Positions 53,983-61,397 of a stretch of DNA of 64,000 nucleotides are shown piece after piece. The DNA is from an uncultured Christensenellaceae bacterium (GTDB taxonomy: Bacteria; Bacillota; Clostridia; Christensenellales; UBA3700): NCBI GenBank assembly GCA_944380355.1, contig CALWHJ010000002.1, positions 368-64,367 of the forward strand, in the 5' to 3' direction. The notes beneath the pieces are model-generated. The model saw only the letters and a program-made list of their open reading frames with translations, did not search any database and had not been told where the DNA came from. A program made the position numbers and the translations under genes. How positions within the stretch are numbered: position 1 is the stretch's first letter; every line of letters begins with the position of its first letter.

Positions 53983-55020
53983 ATGAATAATAATTTAGAA
54001 GAAATAATGAAAAAGCGCCCTCATGTGGTTATTTTGGGTGCAGGGGCAAGTTGCGCAGCTATACCGAATGGCGATAAAAATGGGCGAAAAATTTCTGCAA
54101 TGAATGGTTTTATTAAAAAACTTGGATTATCTGATTTATTGTCACGAGTAAATCTTGAAACGAAGTCAGACAATCTCGAAGATATATACATGGAATTGGA
54201 AGGAAGAAGTGGTCAAGAATTAGATTGTGCAGTTGTCAAAAAAGAGTTAGAACAAAAGATATTTGATTACATGAAAGAATATGAGATTCCAGATGAACCA
54301 ACCATATATGATTATCTTATATTAAGTTTGACAAATAAAGATTTAATTGCGACATTTAATTGGGATCCTCTTTTAGTGCAAGCGTATTTGAGAGTTGGAA
54401 AATATACTAGAAATCTGCCGTTTTTAGCGTATTTGCACGGGAATGTTGCTGTTGGTTATTGTGAACAAGATAATATAATTGGAATTGCATCTGGGAGATG
54501 CAAGTGTGGGAAATTGCTTAGGCCGATTCAATTGCTTTATCCCATAAAGAAGAAAAATTACCAGGCTGATATTGCGATTGAAAAATTCTGGAAAGAATTG
54601 CAGAATAATTTTGAAAGGGCATATATGGTTACAATTTTTGGATATAGTGCTCCGCAAAGTGATATTGAAGCATTGTCTATGTTAAAGGTGGCATGGGGAG
54701 AACCTGAACAGCGCTCCCTTGAGGAGATAGAAATAATTGATATACGAGATGAGAGTGAAGTGATAGAATCGTGGAAAGATTTTATTCATACACATCATTA
54801 CTCTTATCATACGGATTTTTTTACATCTACACTCGGGAAATTCCCGCGAAGAAGTTGCGAGGCAACCTATGATAGATTGATGAAATGTAGATTTTTAGAT
54901 GGCAGTAAAGGATTTAAAAAGGGGATGACATTTGATGAAATAATAAAGAAACTAATTCCTTTGCTTAATGAAGAAATTGAAAAGAAAGAAACGGGCGAAA
55001 TGCTTAGTCAACTTTATTAA
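53983..55020 (+). CDS. SIR2-like (SIR2_2/DHS-like NAD-binding) protein, candidate NADase effector
   Basis: VVILGAGASCAAIP (Rossmann loop), IATFNWDPLL (TTNYD-like, Asn126), YLHGNV (His152), TIFGYSAPQSDIEA; 21 nt downstream of the cyclase-like gene. Confidence 0.7.
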   Translation: MNNNLEEIMKKRPHVVILGAGASCAAIPNGDKNGRKISAMNGFIKKLGLSDLLSRVNLETKSDNLEDIYMELEGRSGQELDCAVVKKELEQKIFDYMKEYEIPDEPTIYDYLILSLTNKDLIATFNWDPLLVQAYLRVGKYTRNLPFLAYLHGNVAVGYCEQDNIIGIASGRCKCGKLLRPIQLLYPIKKKNYQADIAIEKFWKELQNNFERAYMVTIFGYSAPQSDIEALSMLKVAWGEPEQRSLEEIEIIDIRDESEVIESWKDFIHTHHYSYHTDFFTSTLGKFPRRSCEATYDRLMKCRFLDGSKGFKKGMTFDEIIKKLIPLLNEEIEKKETGEMLSQLY

Positions 55021-55109
55021 GAATATGGCATTTAATGGTGATTGATTAAGACTTCCAGTAGTTGTACATTATGATTTTAGGGTGATTTAGAGCCCTTTTG
55101 TAGCTTGTG

Positions 55110-55254
55110 CCAATCGCAAACAAAGTCGAACCTGATTTTGTTTGCTTTTTTATTTGCTATTGCAAGAGAGCAACATTAATAAAGGCAATCCGATTGTTAG
55201 TCGGGTTGCCTTTTGCTTATATGGATATTAGCACATTTAATTAAGTCAAAGAGT
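55110..55254 (+). repeat. repeat unit U2, left part (includes terminator copy T3 at 55116-55151)
   Basis: About 90% identical by eye to 45213-45357; interrupted at GTCAAAGAGT. Confidence 0.85.
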
Positions 55255-55866
55255 ATCTACAATAGATAAATACTTATTTTGCATACTTTTTCTTCTTCTC
55301 CATATAGTAGACGGATTAAGAGAAAGCATATTAGCTTGTTGTACAAAGCCTATACCTTGCATATAGCAGTTTAGTGTTTCTTTTTCGCCTTTATTTAGTT
55401 TTAGCTTTCTCATTATCTTATCGTATTTTGTATAATCTCCTTTGTATTCTTGCTCAAATTCTGTATAGGGTTCTTCACTTTTATTCAAGTCTTCTATACT
55501 ACCTGTATATCTTTTTAGTTTCCATTCTTCATATAGTAAATGGCAAAGGTGTTTATAACACAATCTCTTTATTGCAAATATCTTATTACTCTTTTTATCT
55601 ATACAGGTATCGTATACGGATTTACCCATATAGTCTAATAAGAATAATGCAGCACTTTGTGCTAAGTCATAGCTATCTGTAAGAATATATCCGGGTATAT
55701 CTTTGTAATCTATATCTCTAGCAAGATTAGCATACATTCTATGTAGATGTTTATGCCCACACATAAACTTTAACGATTGCAGAGCAAGTAATTCTCCCAT
55801 ACGCATAACATTGTCAGGTGAGATTATTTCCTCAAATACTTCATAACCTTTTTTGTTGTTTTTCAT
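55246..55866 (-). CDS. sigma-70 region-4-like / HTH protein of the element
   Basis: GGAGG RBS before ATG 55866; C-terminal HTH EKETLNCYMQGIGFVQQANMLSLNPSTIWRRRKS; stop codon lies in the att core. Confidence 0.6.
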   Translation of the reverse strand: MKNNKKGYEVFEEIISPDNVMRMGELLALQSLKFMCGHKHLHRMYANLARDIDYKDIPGYILTDSYDLAQSAALFLLDYMGKSVYDTCIDKKSNKIFAIKRLCYKHLCHLLYEEWKLKRYTGSIEDLNKSEEPYTEFEQEYKGDYTKYDKIMRKLKLNKGEKETLNCYMQGIGFVQQANMLSLNPSTIWRRRKSMQNKYLSIVDTL

Positions 55867-56092
55867 TTTCTTTACCTCCGAAGTTAATTTGCCTTTCGGC
55901 AGGCAGAGAAGGAGCATAAGACGATGAATAGAAAACAACAATAAAAGTTAATATCCAAAAGTCAACGGGACAAAGAAAAATCCTTGCTTAATACCCAATA
56001 TACATTGAATACCAAACAAGGATATTTCGACCGTTTACTTTTGAGAGGCATATGCGACAATGCCAAACGAAAAGGCAAAGACTACGGAGGAA

Positions 56093-57613
56093 TTATATCC
56101 GCATTATCATATACAAAGGCAGGGAAATTGTTTGTCCGCTTTGAGGAACCGTATATGGAAGGAAAACCATTTTTTCATAAAAAGAAAAGCCCCGATTTTC
56201 ATCGGGACCTTCGTTTAATGGATTGTTGTAAGTAATAATTATTTTGTCGTCGAAAAGCGTTATTTCTTTTATAAAGTAATTTATTAGCAGTTGAGATTCT
56301 TGTTCGATAGCGGCAGTATAATAACGTCGGATTTCGTTTTCAGACAACATAAATGACGCTTTGTTTTGTTCTATTGCTATTTTCTCATCAAGGTCTTTTA
56401 TTAGCGATTCGAGTTCGTTAAGACGTTTGTTTGTAGCTAAAGACACAATACCTCGTTCAATGGCTTTTACGAGATTATTCAAGGATGTTTCAGCTTGTTT
56501 CTTCTCTTTTTGCAACAATTTCAAAATCGTTTGTTCCTTTGAGTTTTGTTCTTGCAACTTCATAATTCCTTTGACTATTTTGTTGACTGTTTGAGGATTG
56601 TTCATTGCATCTTTTAAGTTATCCAATACGAGTTTTTCAAGAGTTTCTTTTCTCACAGGTTGTTTTTTACAGCCGTTGCGATGTTTCTTCCTTCCTATAC
56701 ACTTATAATATCTTACGACGTATCCGTTCTTTGCCGTTCCGCATTCTGCGCTTATAGGACAACCGCAATATCCGCATTTAATTTTGTTTCTTAACAAGTA
56801 TACTGCTTTTACGCTTCGAGAACCTATTTTGTTGCATAAGAGTTTTTTCCTTACTTTCTCGTATAAATCCGTCGGAATTATTTGAGGGTAGATATTTGTG
56901 TATACTTCGTCTCGGACTCTGCTTATACCAATGTATCTTTCGTTTCTCAATATGGCATATACCGTATTCAAAGCAAAAGGTTTGCCGTTATGGAGTATTC
57001 CTTTTTCATTAAGTTTGCATATAATATCCGGCACATAAACTCCGGCTGAATATTGTTCATAAATAAAACTAACTACTTTTGCATTTTCTTCATCAACATA
57101 CACCTTCTTGTCTTTGACAAAATATCCGTAGGGTACTTTGCCTCCGCAGAACTGCCCCTTTTTACGGCTTTCTGTAAGACCTCGTAATATTTTTTGAGAA
57201 AGTTCGGCAGAGTAGTATTCTGCAATGCCGATATATACATTTTCCAAGAGAATGCCGTCGAGGTTTTTCGTTCCGTCAAGATTTTCCGATGTGCGTTGAG
57301 TTGCGGATATAAGTATCTTTTTGTTGTTTTTGAGTTTTTGTTTGTTGAGTGCTACTTCTATCGAGTTTCTTCCGAATCTGTCTATCGCATATACCAAAAC
57401 TACTTCCCAGGTTGCATTTTCGCTGTCTTTGAGCATTTGTTGAAAGGCGGCTCTGTTATCGTTTGTACCTGTTGTAGCTCTGTCGATATAAGTATCCACT
57501 ATTATAAGGTCGTTAGCCTTTGCATATTGATTGCAGACGTGAAGTTGACCTTCGATAGACTGTTCAGTCTGACTTGCACTGCTGTAACGGGCATAAATTG
57601 CTGCACATTTCAT
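56093..57613 (-). CDS. large serine recombinase
   Basis: 506-aa ORF; N-terminal catalytic AAIYARYSSASQ; recombinase and zinc-ribbon domains (CGYCGCP...YYKC); coiled-coil. Confidence 0.93.
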   Translation of the reverse strand: MKCAAIYARYSSASQTEQSIEGQLHVCNQYAKANDLIIVDTYIDRATTGTNDNRAAFQQMLKDSENATWEVVLVYAIDRFGRNSIEVALNKQKLKNNKKILISATQRTSENLDGTKNLDGILLENVYIGIAEYYSAELSQKILRGLTESRKKGQFCGGKVPYGYFVKDKKVYVDEENAKVVSFIYEQYSAGVYVPDIICKLNEKGILHNGKPFALNTVYAILRNERYIGISRVRDEVYTNIYPQIIPTDLYEKVRKKLLCNKIGSRSVKAVYLLRNKIKCGYCGCPISAECGTAKNGYVVRYYKCIGRKKHRNGCKKQPVRKETLEKLVLDNLKDAMNNPQTVNKIVKGIMKLQEQNSKEQTILKLLQKEKKQAETSLNNLVKAIERGIVSLATNKRLNELESLIKDLDEKIAIEQNKASFMLSENEIRRYYTAAIEQESQLLINYFIKEITLFDDKIIITYNNPLNEGPDENRGFSFYEKMVFLPYTVPQSGQTISLPLYMIMRI

Positions 57614-57800
57614 TAATATATTACCTCCTAATATTTTTATTTAGATTTGTCTTTCGACGGGAGCGACAAAAACGGAAAAGGGATTTATGTATTGTTTTTA
57701 TTTAGTTAGGATATTTGCCGTCAAGGGTTGCTGAGCAATGCACCTTGCCCTTGACGACAAAACCTTTTCCGTTTAAGCTCCTAAGTAAGAAAGATAATAT

Positions 57801-58580
57801 TTAATTACACTTCGGCATCTGCCTTATTACTTCGGGACTTACTTGTCCAATAAGACATCCGTCTTCCCAGCAAGTAAAGTTGTCTGCTAAAAGAAGTTTC
57901 CTATCTTCCTGTCCTATGGTACACAGCACATCTTCGTCCATAATATCTGACTTAAAAAAGGTCGGTATGTTCCTAGAATAGATGAGCTTCTCTCCGCTTT
58001 TCTCTATGTACTTCATAAGATAATTTGCACAATCTCTCAACTCGTGTATTACATTTATAGGGTTAAAATCGTTTCTGCCGAATTTTTCATAAAAGTAACT
58101 ATTTTGATTTATGATTTGCCGTGTATGAGTATTAAAGCTGTAATCGCTTTTACTCTTGAGTATTCCCAGCATAGAGTTTTCGGGGATATAGAAGATACCG
58201 TGGAAGTGTAATCTCTTCTTTTCAGGAGAGCGTTCCCATACTCCTATATATCTCCAACCTCTTCTGTATACCACTTTCTTTAATACATTGCTTAATGTCT
58301 TGCGAAAACTGTCTTCCGTATGTTTTTCATTTGAGTAAGTAAAAGTACAAAACCAGTTCCATTCGTTGAGATACAACTTTCTTACCAGCCTTGTTTTCCT
58401 TACTATCTTGTTGCGTGTTATCCTTTCCATATTTCTTAATACAAATTCTTTAGCTTTATCTTTATCCTTAAATTCCTTTTCCATTTCCTTTGTAATATTC
58501 TTTATCTTCTCGGTCTTTTTCTTTCCGTTGTTTTCCTTATATAATCTCTCAAAGCGTTCCTTGGGAGTGAGAGCCTCCAT
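57801..58580 (-). CDS. HUH-family rolling-circle replication initiator (Rep)
   Basis: Motif 1 FCTFTY, motif 2 LHFHGIFY (HUH), motif 3 YLMKYIEK (catalytic Tyr). Confidence 0.8.
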   Translation of the reverse strand: MEALTPKERFERLYKENNGKKKTEKIKNITKEMEKEFKDKDKAKEFVLRNMERITRNKIVRKTRLVRKLYLNEWNWFCTFTYSNEKHTEDSFRKTLSNVLKKVVYRRGWRYIGVWERSPEKKRLHFHGIFYIPENSMLGILKSKSDYSFNTHTRQIINQNSYFYEKFGRNDFNPINVIHELRDCANYLMKYIEKSGEKLIYSRNIPTFFKSDIMDEDVLCTIGQEDRKLLLADNFTCWEDGCLIGQVSPEVIRQMPKCN

Positions 58581-58732
58581 AGCCGATTTTTATTCTCGGT
58601 CTTATCTGTTAATGTCTCTGTCAATTGTTTGTTAATCTTAGTGTTTTTCTTTCTTCTGTAAGGATTAAATGTTTGAGGTATGGCTATATAATGACTCCCG
58701 TCAAAATATATCTTTGCTTGACTGTATGGCAT
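58502..58732 (-). CDS. small ORF overlapping the rep start (separate gene or frameshifted Rep N-terminus)
   Basis: 76-aa ORF (MPYSQAKIYFDGSHYIAIP...) overlapping rep by 79 nt in another frame. Confidence 0.35.
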   Translation of the reverse strand: MPYSQAKIYFDGSHYIAIPQTFNPYRRKKNTKINKQLTETLTDKTENKNRLWRLSLPRNALRDYIRKTTERKRPRR

Positions 58733-58734
58733 AG

Positions 58735-58890
58735 CTACCCCCTTTGAACGGAAAGCTCCGTTCTTTGCTTGTTGGAAAGCGAAATAATGCGTGATACTAC
58801 AGCAGATAGAACAGAATCTTTCTCGCTCTCACTGATCGCATCAATCTCAGGCTTTCCGATGTTTACTACATTGATTTTGCTTTTGTTCAA
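58735..58890 (-). CDS. small ORF (51 aa) at the head of the element operon
   Basis: AGGAGG (58900-58905 rc), 9 nt, TTG start; stop 2 nt before the next ATG; below the track threshold; translated by hand. Confidence 0.3.
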   Translation of the reverse strand: MNKSKINVVNIGKPEIDAISESEKDSVLSAVVSRIISLSNKQRTELSVQRG

Positions 58891-59341
58891 TAGGCTGTTC
58901 CTCCTTTGTGTTTTTTATTGTTATATCTCTTGAACTCGCAAGGTATTTGCGACTTCAAAAAACTTTTTAATGATTATATCTTTCAAACTGGACACCTAAT
59001 GTCCGGTTTAGAAAAAAAGTCCTCCACTTATAAGGGAATGAGAATGGCAAAAGTTAACCCCCTTATGCCAAAATATTGCTTAGATTTTACATTGGTAAAA
59101 ATGGACCCCCTAAAATAAAACTCTCTACTTAAAAGGCACGAAAATAGCAAAAGTCAAGTCAGAATTAGAAAAAAAATTAAAAAAATGAGTAAAAAAACGA
59201 CAAAGAAAATCGGTAAATAACGGAAACAGAATTTAATGTGCATTGCTATATAAATGAAAAATAGCGAGAAGGCAAAAAGCGAAAGATTGCCCAAGCGGAT
59301 TAGCGGGCAACTTCGCTTGCCTCTCGCTTTCATTTTAGCAA

Positions 59342-59425
59342 GTCAAAGCGTTATTCAGACGTGTGCTTGTCTGGCGGAGCGAAGCGACGCCACTTGTCTA
59401 TGACAAGCACACGTCGTGGTGCCAT
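59342..59425 (+). repeat. repeat unit U2, right part
   Basis: Matches 45351-45430; contains the nested hairpin GTGTGCTTGTC-TGGCG...CGCCA-...GACAAGCACAC. Confidence 0.8.
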
Positions 59426-59469
59426 TTGAAGTTTAATTATTTAAATTAACGCTTTACATTGTGGTAGTT

Positions 59470-59500
59470 GTGACTTATAGTCCGTTGTGAAATAAGTCAC
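59470..59500 (+). promoter_or_regulatory. C-box-like operator over the C/R promoter
   Basis: GTGACTTAT...ATAAGTCAC 9-bp inverted repeat; GACTTATAGTC (59472-59482); TATAAT at 59508-59513. Confidence 0.65.
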
Positions 59501-59538
59501 TTAATGTTATAATTTGTTCAAATTTAAGGAGTTGCTAT

Positions 59539-59745
59539 ATGGATATTAAACTTTTAGTCGGGAAGAGAGTTCGAGAATTAAGAAATGACATTGGAATTAG
59601 CCAAGAGGAACTTGCTGATTTGGCTGATTTGGATAGAACGTACATAACAAGCGTTGAATGTGGTAAAAGAAATATTTCAATTGTGAATATTGAAAAACTT
59701 GCAAATGCATTACAAGTTTCATTGAAAGAGTTTTTTAGTTTTTAA
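59539..59745 (+). CDS. restriction-modification controller (C) protein, XRE HTH
   Basis: 68-aa HTH (ISQEELADLADLDRTYITSVECGKRN) directly upstream of the endonuclease; AAGGAG RBS. Confidence 0.85.
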   Translation: MDIKLLVGKRVRELRNDIGISQEELADLADLDRTYITSVECGKRNISIVNIEKLANALQVSLKEFFSF

Positions 59746-59763
59746 AACATAGGGGATAACATA

Positions 59764-60591
59764 ATGAATACACCTTTACTTGATAAATTATATCAGAAAT
59801 ACGATATTAAAAACTTGGAATATGGAAAAGTGCACGATAAACTCGGTGATGCTTATGAGGAATACTGCATTCTGATTTTGAGCAACAAAGAACATCTTGA
59901 TGCTTTTCAGAAAAATGAACAAATTGATAGTGTTGAGTTTGAGATTTTTAAGAGTCTTTTAACAAAAGCAGAAATCAATAACATTACAGAGATTGCTGAA
60001 ATTAAAGCTACGAATATTGTTCCTCATAGAAAAACTCACGGTAACGCCAAAACAGACGTTATTGCTACTATTAAATATAAAGACGGAACTGAAATTAAAC
60101 TTCCAATAAGCAGCAAACAATCCTATGTTGCCAAAGTTGCAGTTTCTGAGTTTGATATTGACACAATTTGCGATGAAGCAGAAATTGACAATGATAGAGT
60201 TAGAGAATTGATGCGAAAGTTTCAAACTGCAAAATCAGCTAAAGGCTTAAATATTGCGGAACAATCGGAATTAAGAGAAGCGTTAGTTCCATATGCGAAA
60301 AAATTAGTTCGTTGGGCAATAACTGGAAGTCCAGACGAGAATCCAAATGATGTAATTTTCCCTAAACTTTTAGTTAAATTTAAGATTTTTAAACCAAAAG
60401 ATAGGTATAATATTAAGGTTAGCAACGGAGAATTGCATTATATCAGCCATTCAATCTACACCATTGATGAATATGTAGATTTAACAATCTATGATAAAAA
60501 TGGCAATATCAAAAGAGGTGGCTTTGGAACTGGATTATCTTGGACATATGCTTCTGGCTCTGGTGGAAGAAAAATTCAATTTAAGGCATAA
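59764..60591 (+). CDS. type II restriction endonuclease, possibly MspI-family
   Basis: Operon position between C and M genes; KTD...(17 aa)...SSK spacing resembles my recollection of the MspI D99/N117/K119 site; C-terminal GFGTGLSWTYASGS; family call unverified. Confidence 0.6.
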   Translation: MNTPLLDKLYQKYDIKNLEYGKVHDKLGDAYEEYCILILSNKEHLDAFQKNEQIDSVEFEIFKSLLTKAEINNITEIAEIKATNIVPHRKTHGNAKTDVIATIKYKDGTEIKLPISSKQSYVAKVAVSEFDIDTICDEAEIDNDRVRELMRKFQTAKSAKGLNIAEQSELREALVPYAKKLVRWAITGSPDENPNDVIFPKLLVKFKIFKPKDRYNIKVSNGELHYISHSIYTIDEYVDLTIYDKNGNIKRGGFGTGLSWTYASGSGGRKIQFKA

Positions 60592-60595
60592 GTTG

Positions 60596-60625
60596 TTGAC
60601 TTTAAGTCACTTATCGAGGTATAAT
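60596..60625 (+). promoter_or_regulatory. methyltransferase promoter with embedded C-box-like site
   Basis: TTGACT (60596-60601), 18 nt, TATAAT (60620-60625); GACTTTAAGTC at 60598-60608; shares AAGTCACTTA with 59494-59503; ATG only 10 nt after the -10. Confidence 0.55.
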
Positions 60626-60635
60626 ACTAATTATT

Positions 60636-61397
60636 ATGAACAAAGTATATTTTCAGGAAGAAAATGCGACTATATTATGTGCAGATACGTTAACGACACG
60701 TTTGATAGAAGATAACAGCATAGATTTAATTGTCACTTCGCCGCCGTATAACCTTGATATAGACTATAAGTCTCACGATGATGCAAAGCCTTATGATGAA
60801 TATTTAAAATTTACTAAATCATGGTTACGAAAATGCTTAAAATGGCTAAAAAAAGATGGTAGAATGTGCTTAAATATTCCGCTAGATAAAAATAAGGGCG
60901 GACACCAAAGCGTTGGTGCAGATTTAATAGAAATTGCTAAAAGTGTTGGCTATAAATATCATTCCACAATCATTTGGAACGAAGGCAATATTTCAAAAAG
61001 TTCTGCATGGGGTTCTTGGATGAGCGCATCTTGTCCATATGTGATTGCGCCTGTTGAACTAATAGTATTGTTATATAAAGATTCATGGAAGAAAACTAGT
61101 GGTACAAAAAAATCCGATATAACAAGAGATGAATTTGTAGCGTGGACTAATGGGGTATGGACTTTTCGAGGTGAAAGTAAACGTAAAATAGGACACCCTG
61201 CACCATTTCCAGTGGAATTGCCAAAGAGGTGTATTAAACTGTTTAGTTTTGTTGAGGATACGATATTAGATCCTTTTATGGGGAGTGGCTCTACCGTAAT
61301 TGCAGCAAAACAAAATAATCGAAAAGGAATCGGAATCGATAAGGATCTTGAGTATTGTGAACTGGCAATGCACAGGGTTCTTAAGGAGACAAAATAA
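60636..61397 (+). CDS. beta-class amino DNA methyltransferase (likely N4-cytosine)
   Basis: Motif IV TSPPYN near the N-terminus and motif I DPFMGSGST near the C-terminus; SPPY favours m4C. Confidence 0.88.
   Translation: MNKVYFQEENATILCADTLTTRLIEDNSIDLIVTSPPYNLDIDYKSHDDAKPYDEYLKFTKSWLRKCLKWLKKDGRMCLNIPLDKNKGGHQSVGADLIEIAKSVGYKYHSTIIWNEGNISKSSAWGSWMSASCPYVIAPVELIVLLYKDSWKKTSGTKKSDITRDEFVAWTNGVWTFRGESKRKIGHPAPFPVELPKRCIKLFSFVEDTILDPFMGSGSTVIAAKQNNRKGIGIDKDLEYCELAMHRVLKETK

Larger units (their letters stand above)
45431..55109. other. accessory segment S1 bounded by repeat units U1 and U2; no integrase gene inside
   Basis: Lies between direct repeats 45213-45430 and 55110 onward; largely AT-richer than the core by eye; cargo is transporter, regulator, GNAT, tRNA and the cyclase-SIR2 cassette. 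Confidence 0.55.
55245..59351. mobile_element. about 4.1-kb integrative element (serine recombinase + HUH Rep + sigma/HTH-like protein) inserted into repeat unit U2
   Basis: Junctions GTCAAAGAGT (55245-55254) and GTCAAAGCGT (59342-59351); the uninterrupted copy U1 reads GTTAAAGAGTTATTTAAGTGTGTGCTTG. Confidence 0.8.

Noticed and set aside
55984-56235. 83-aa plus-strand ORF overlapping the 3' end of the serine recombinase gene
   Set aside because: It is antisense to a well-supported gene and has no RBS or motif.
58906-59118. 70-aa plus-strand ORF in the right arm of the integrative element
   Set aside because: It has no RBS, lies opposite to the element's operon direction and overlaps hairpin-rich non-coding DNA.
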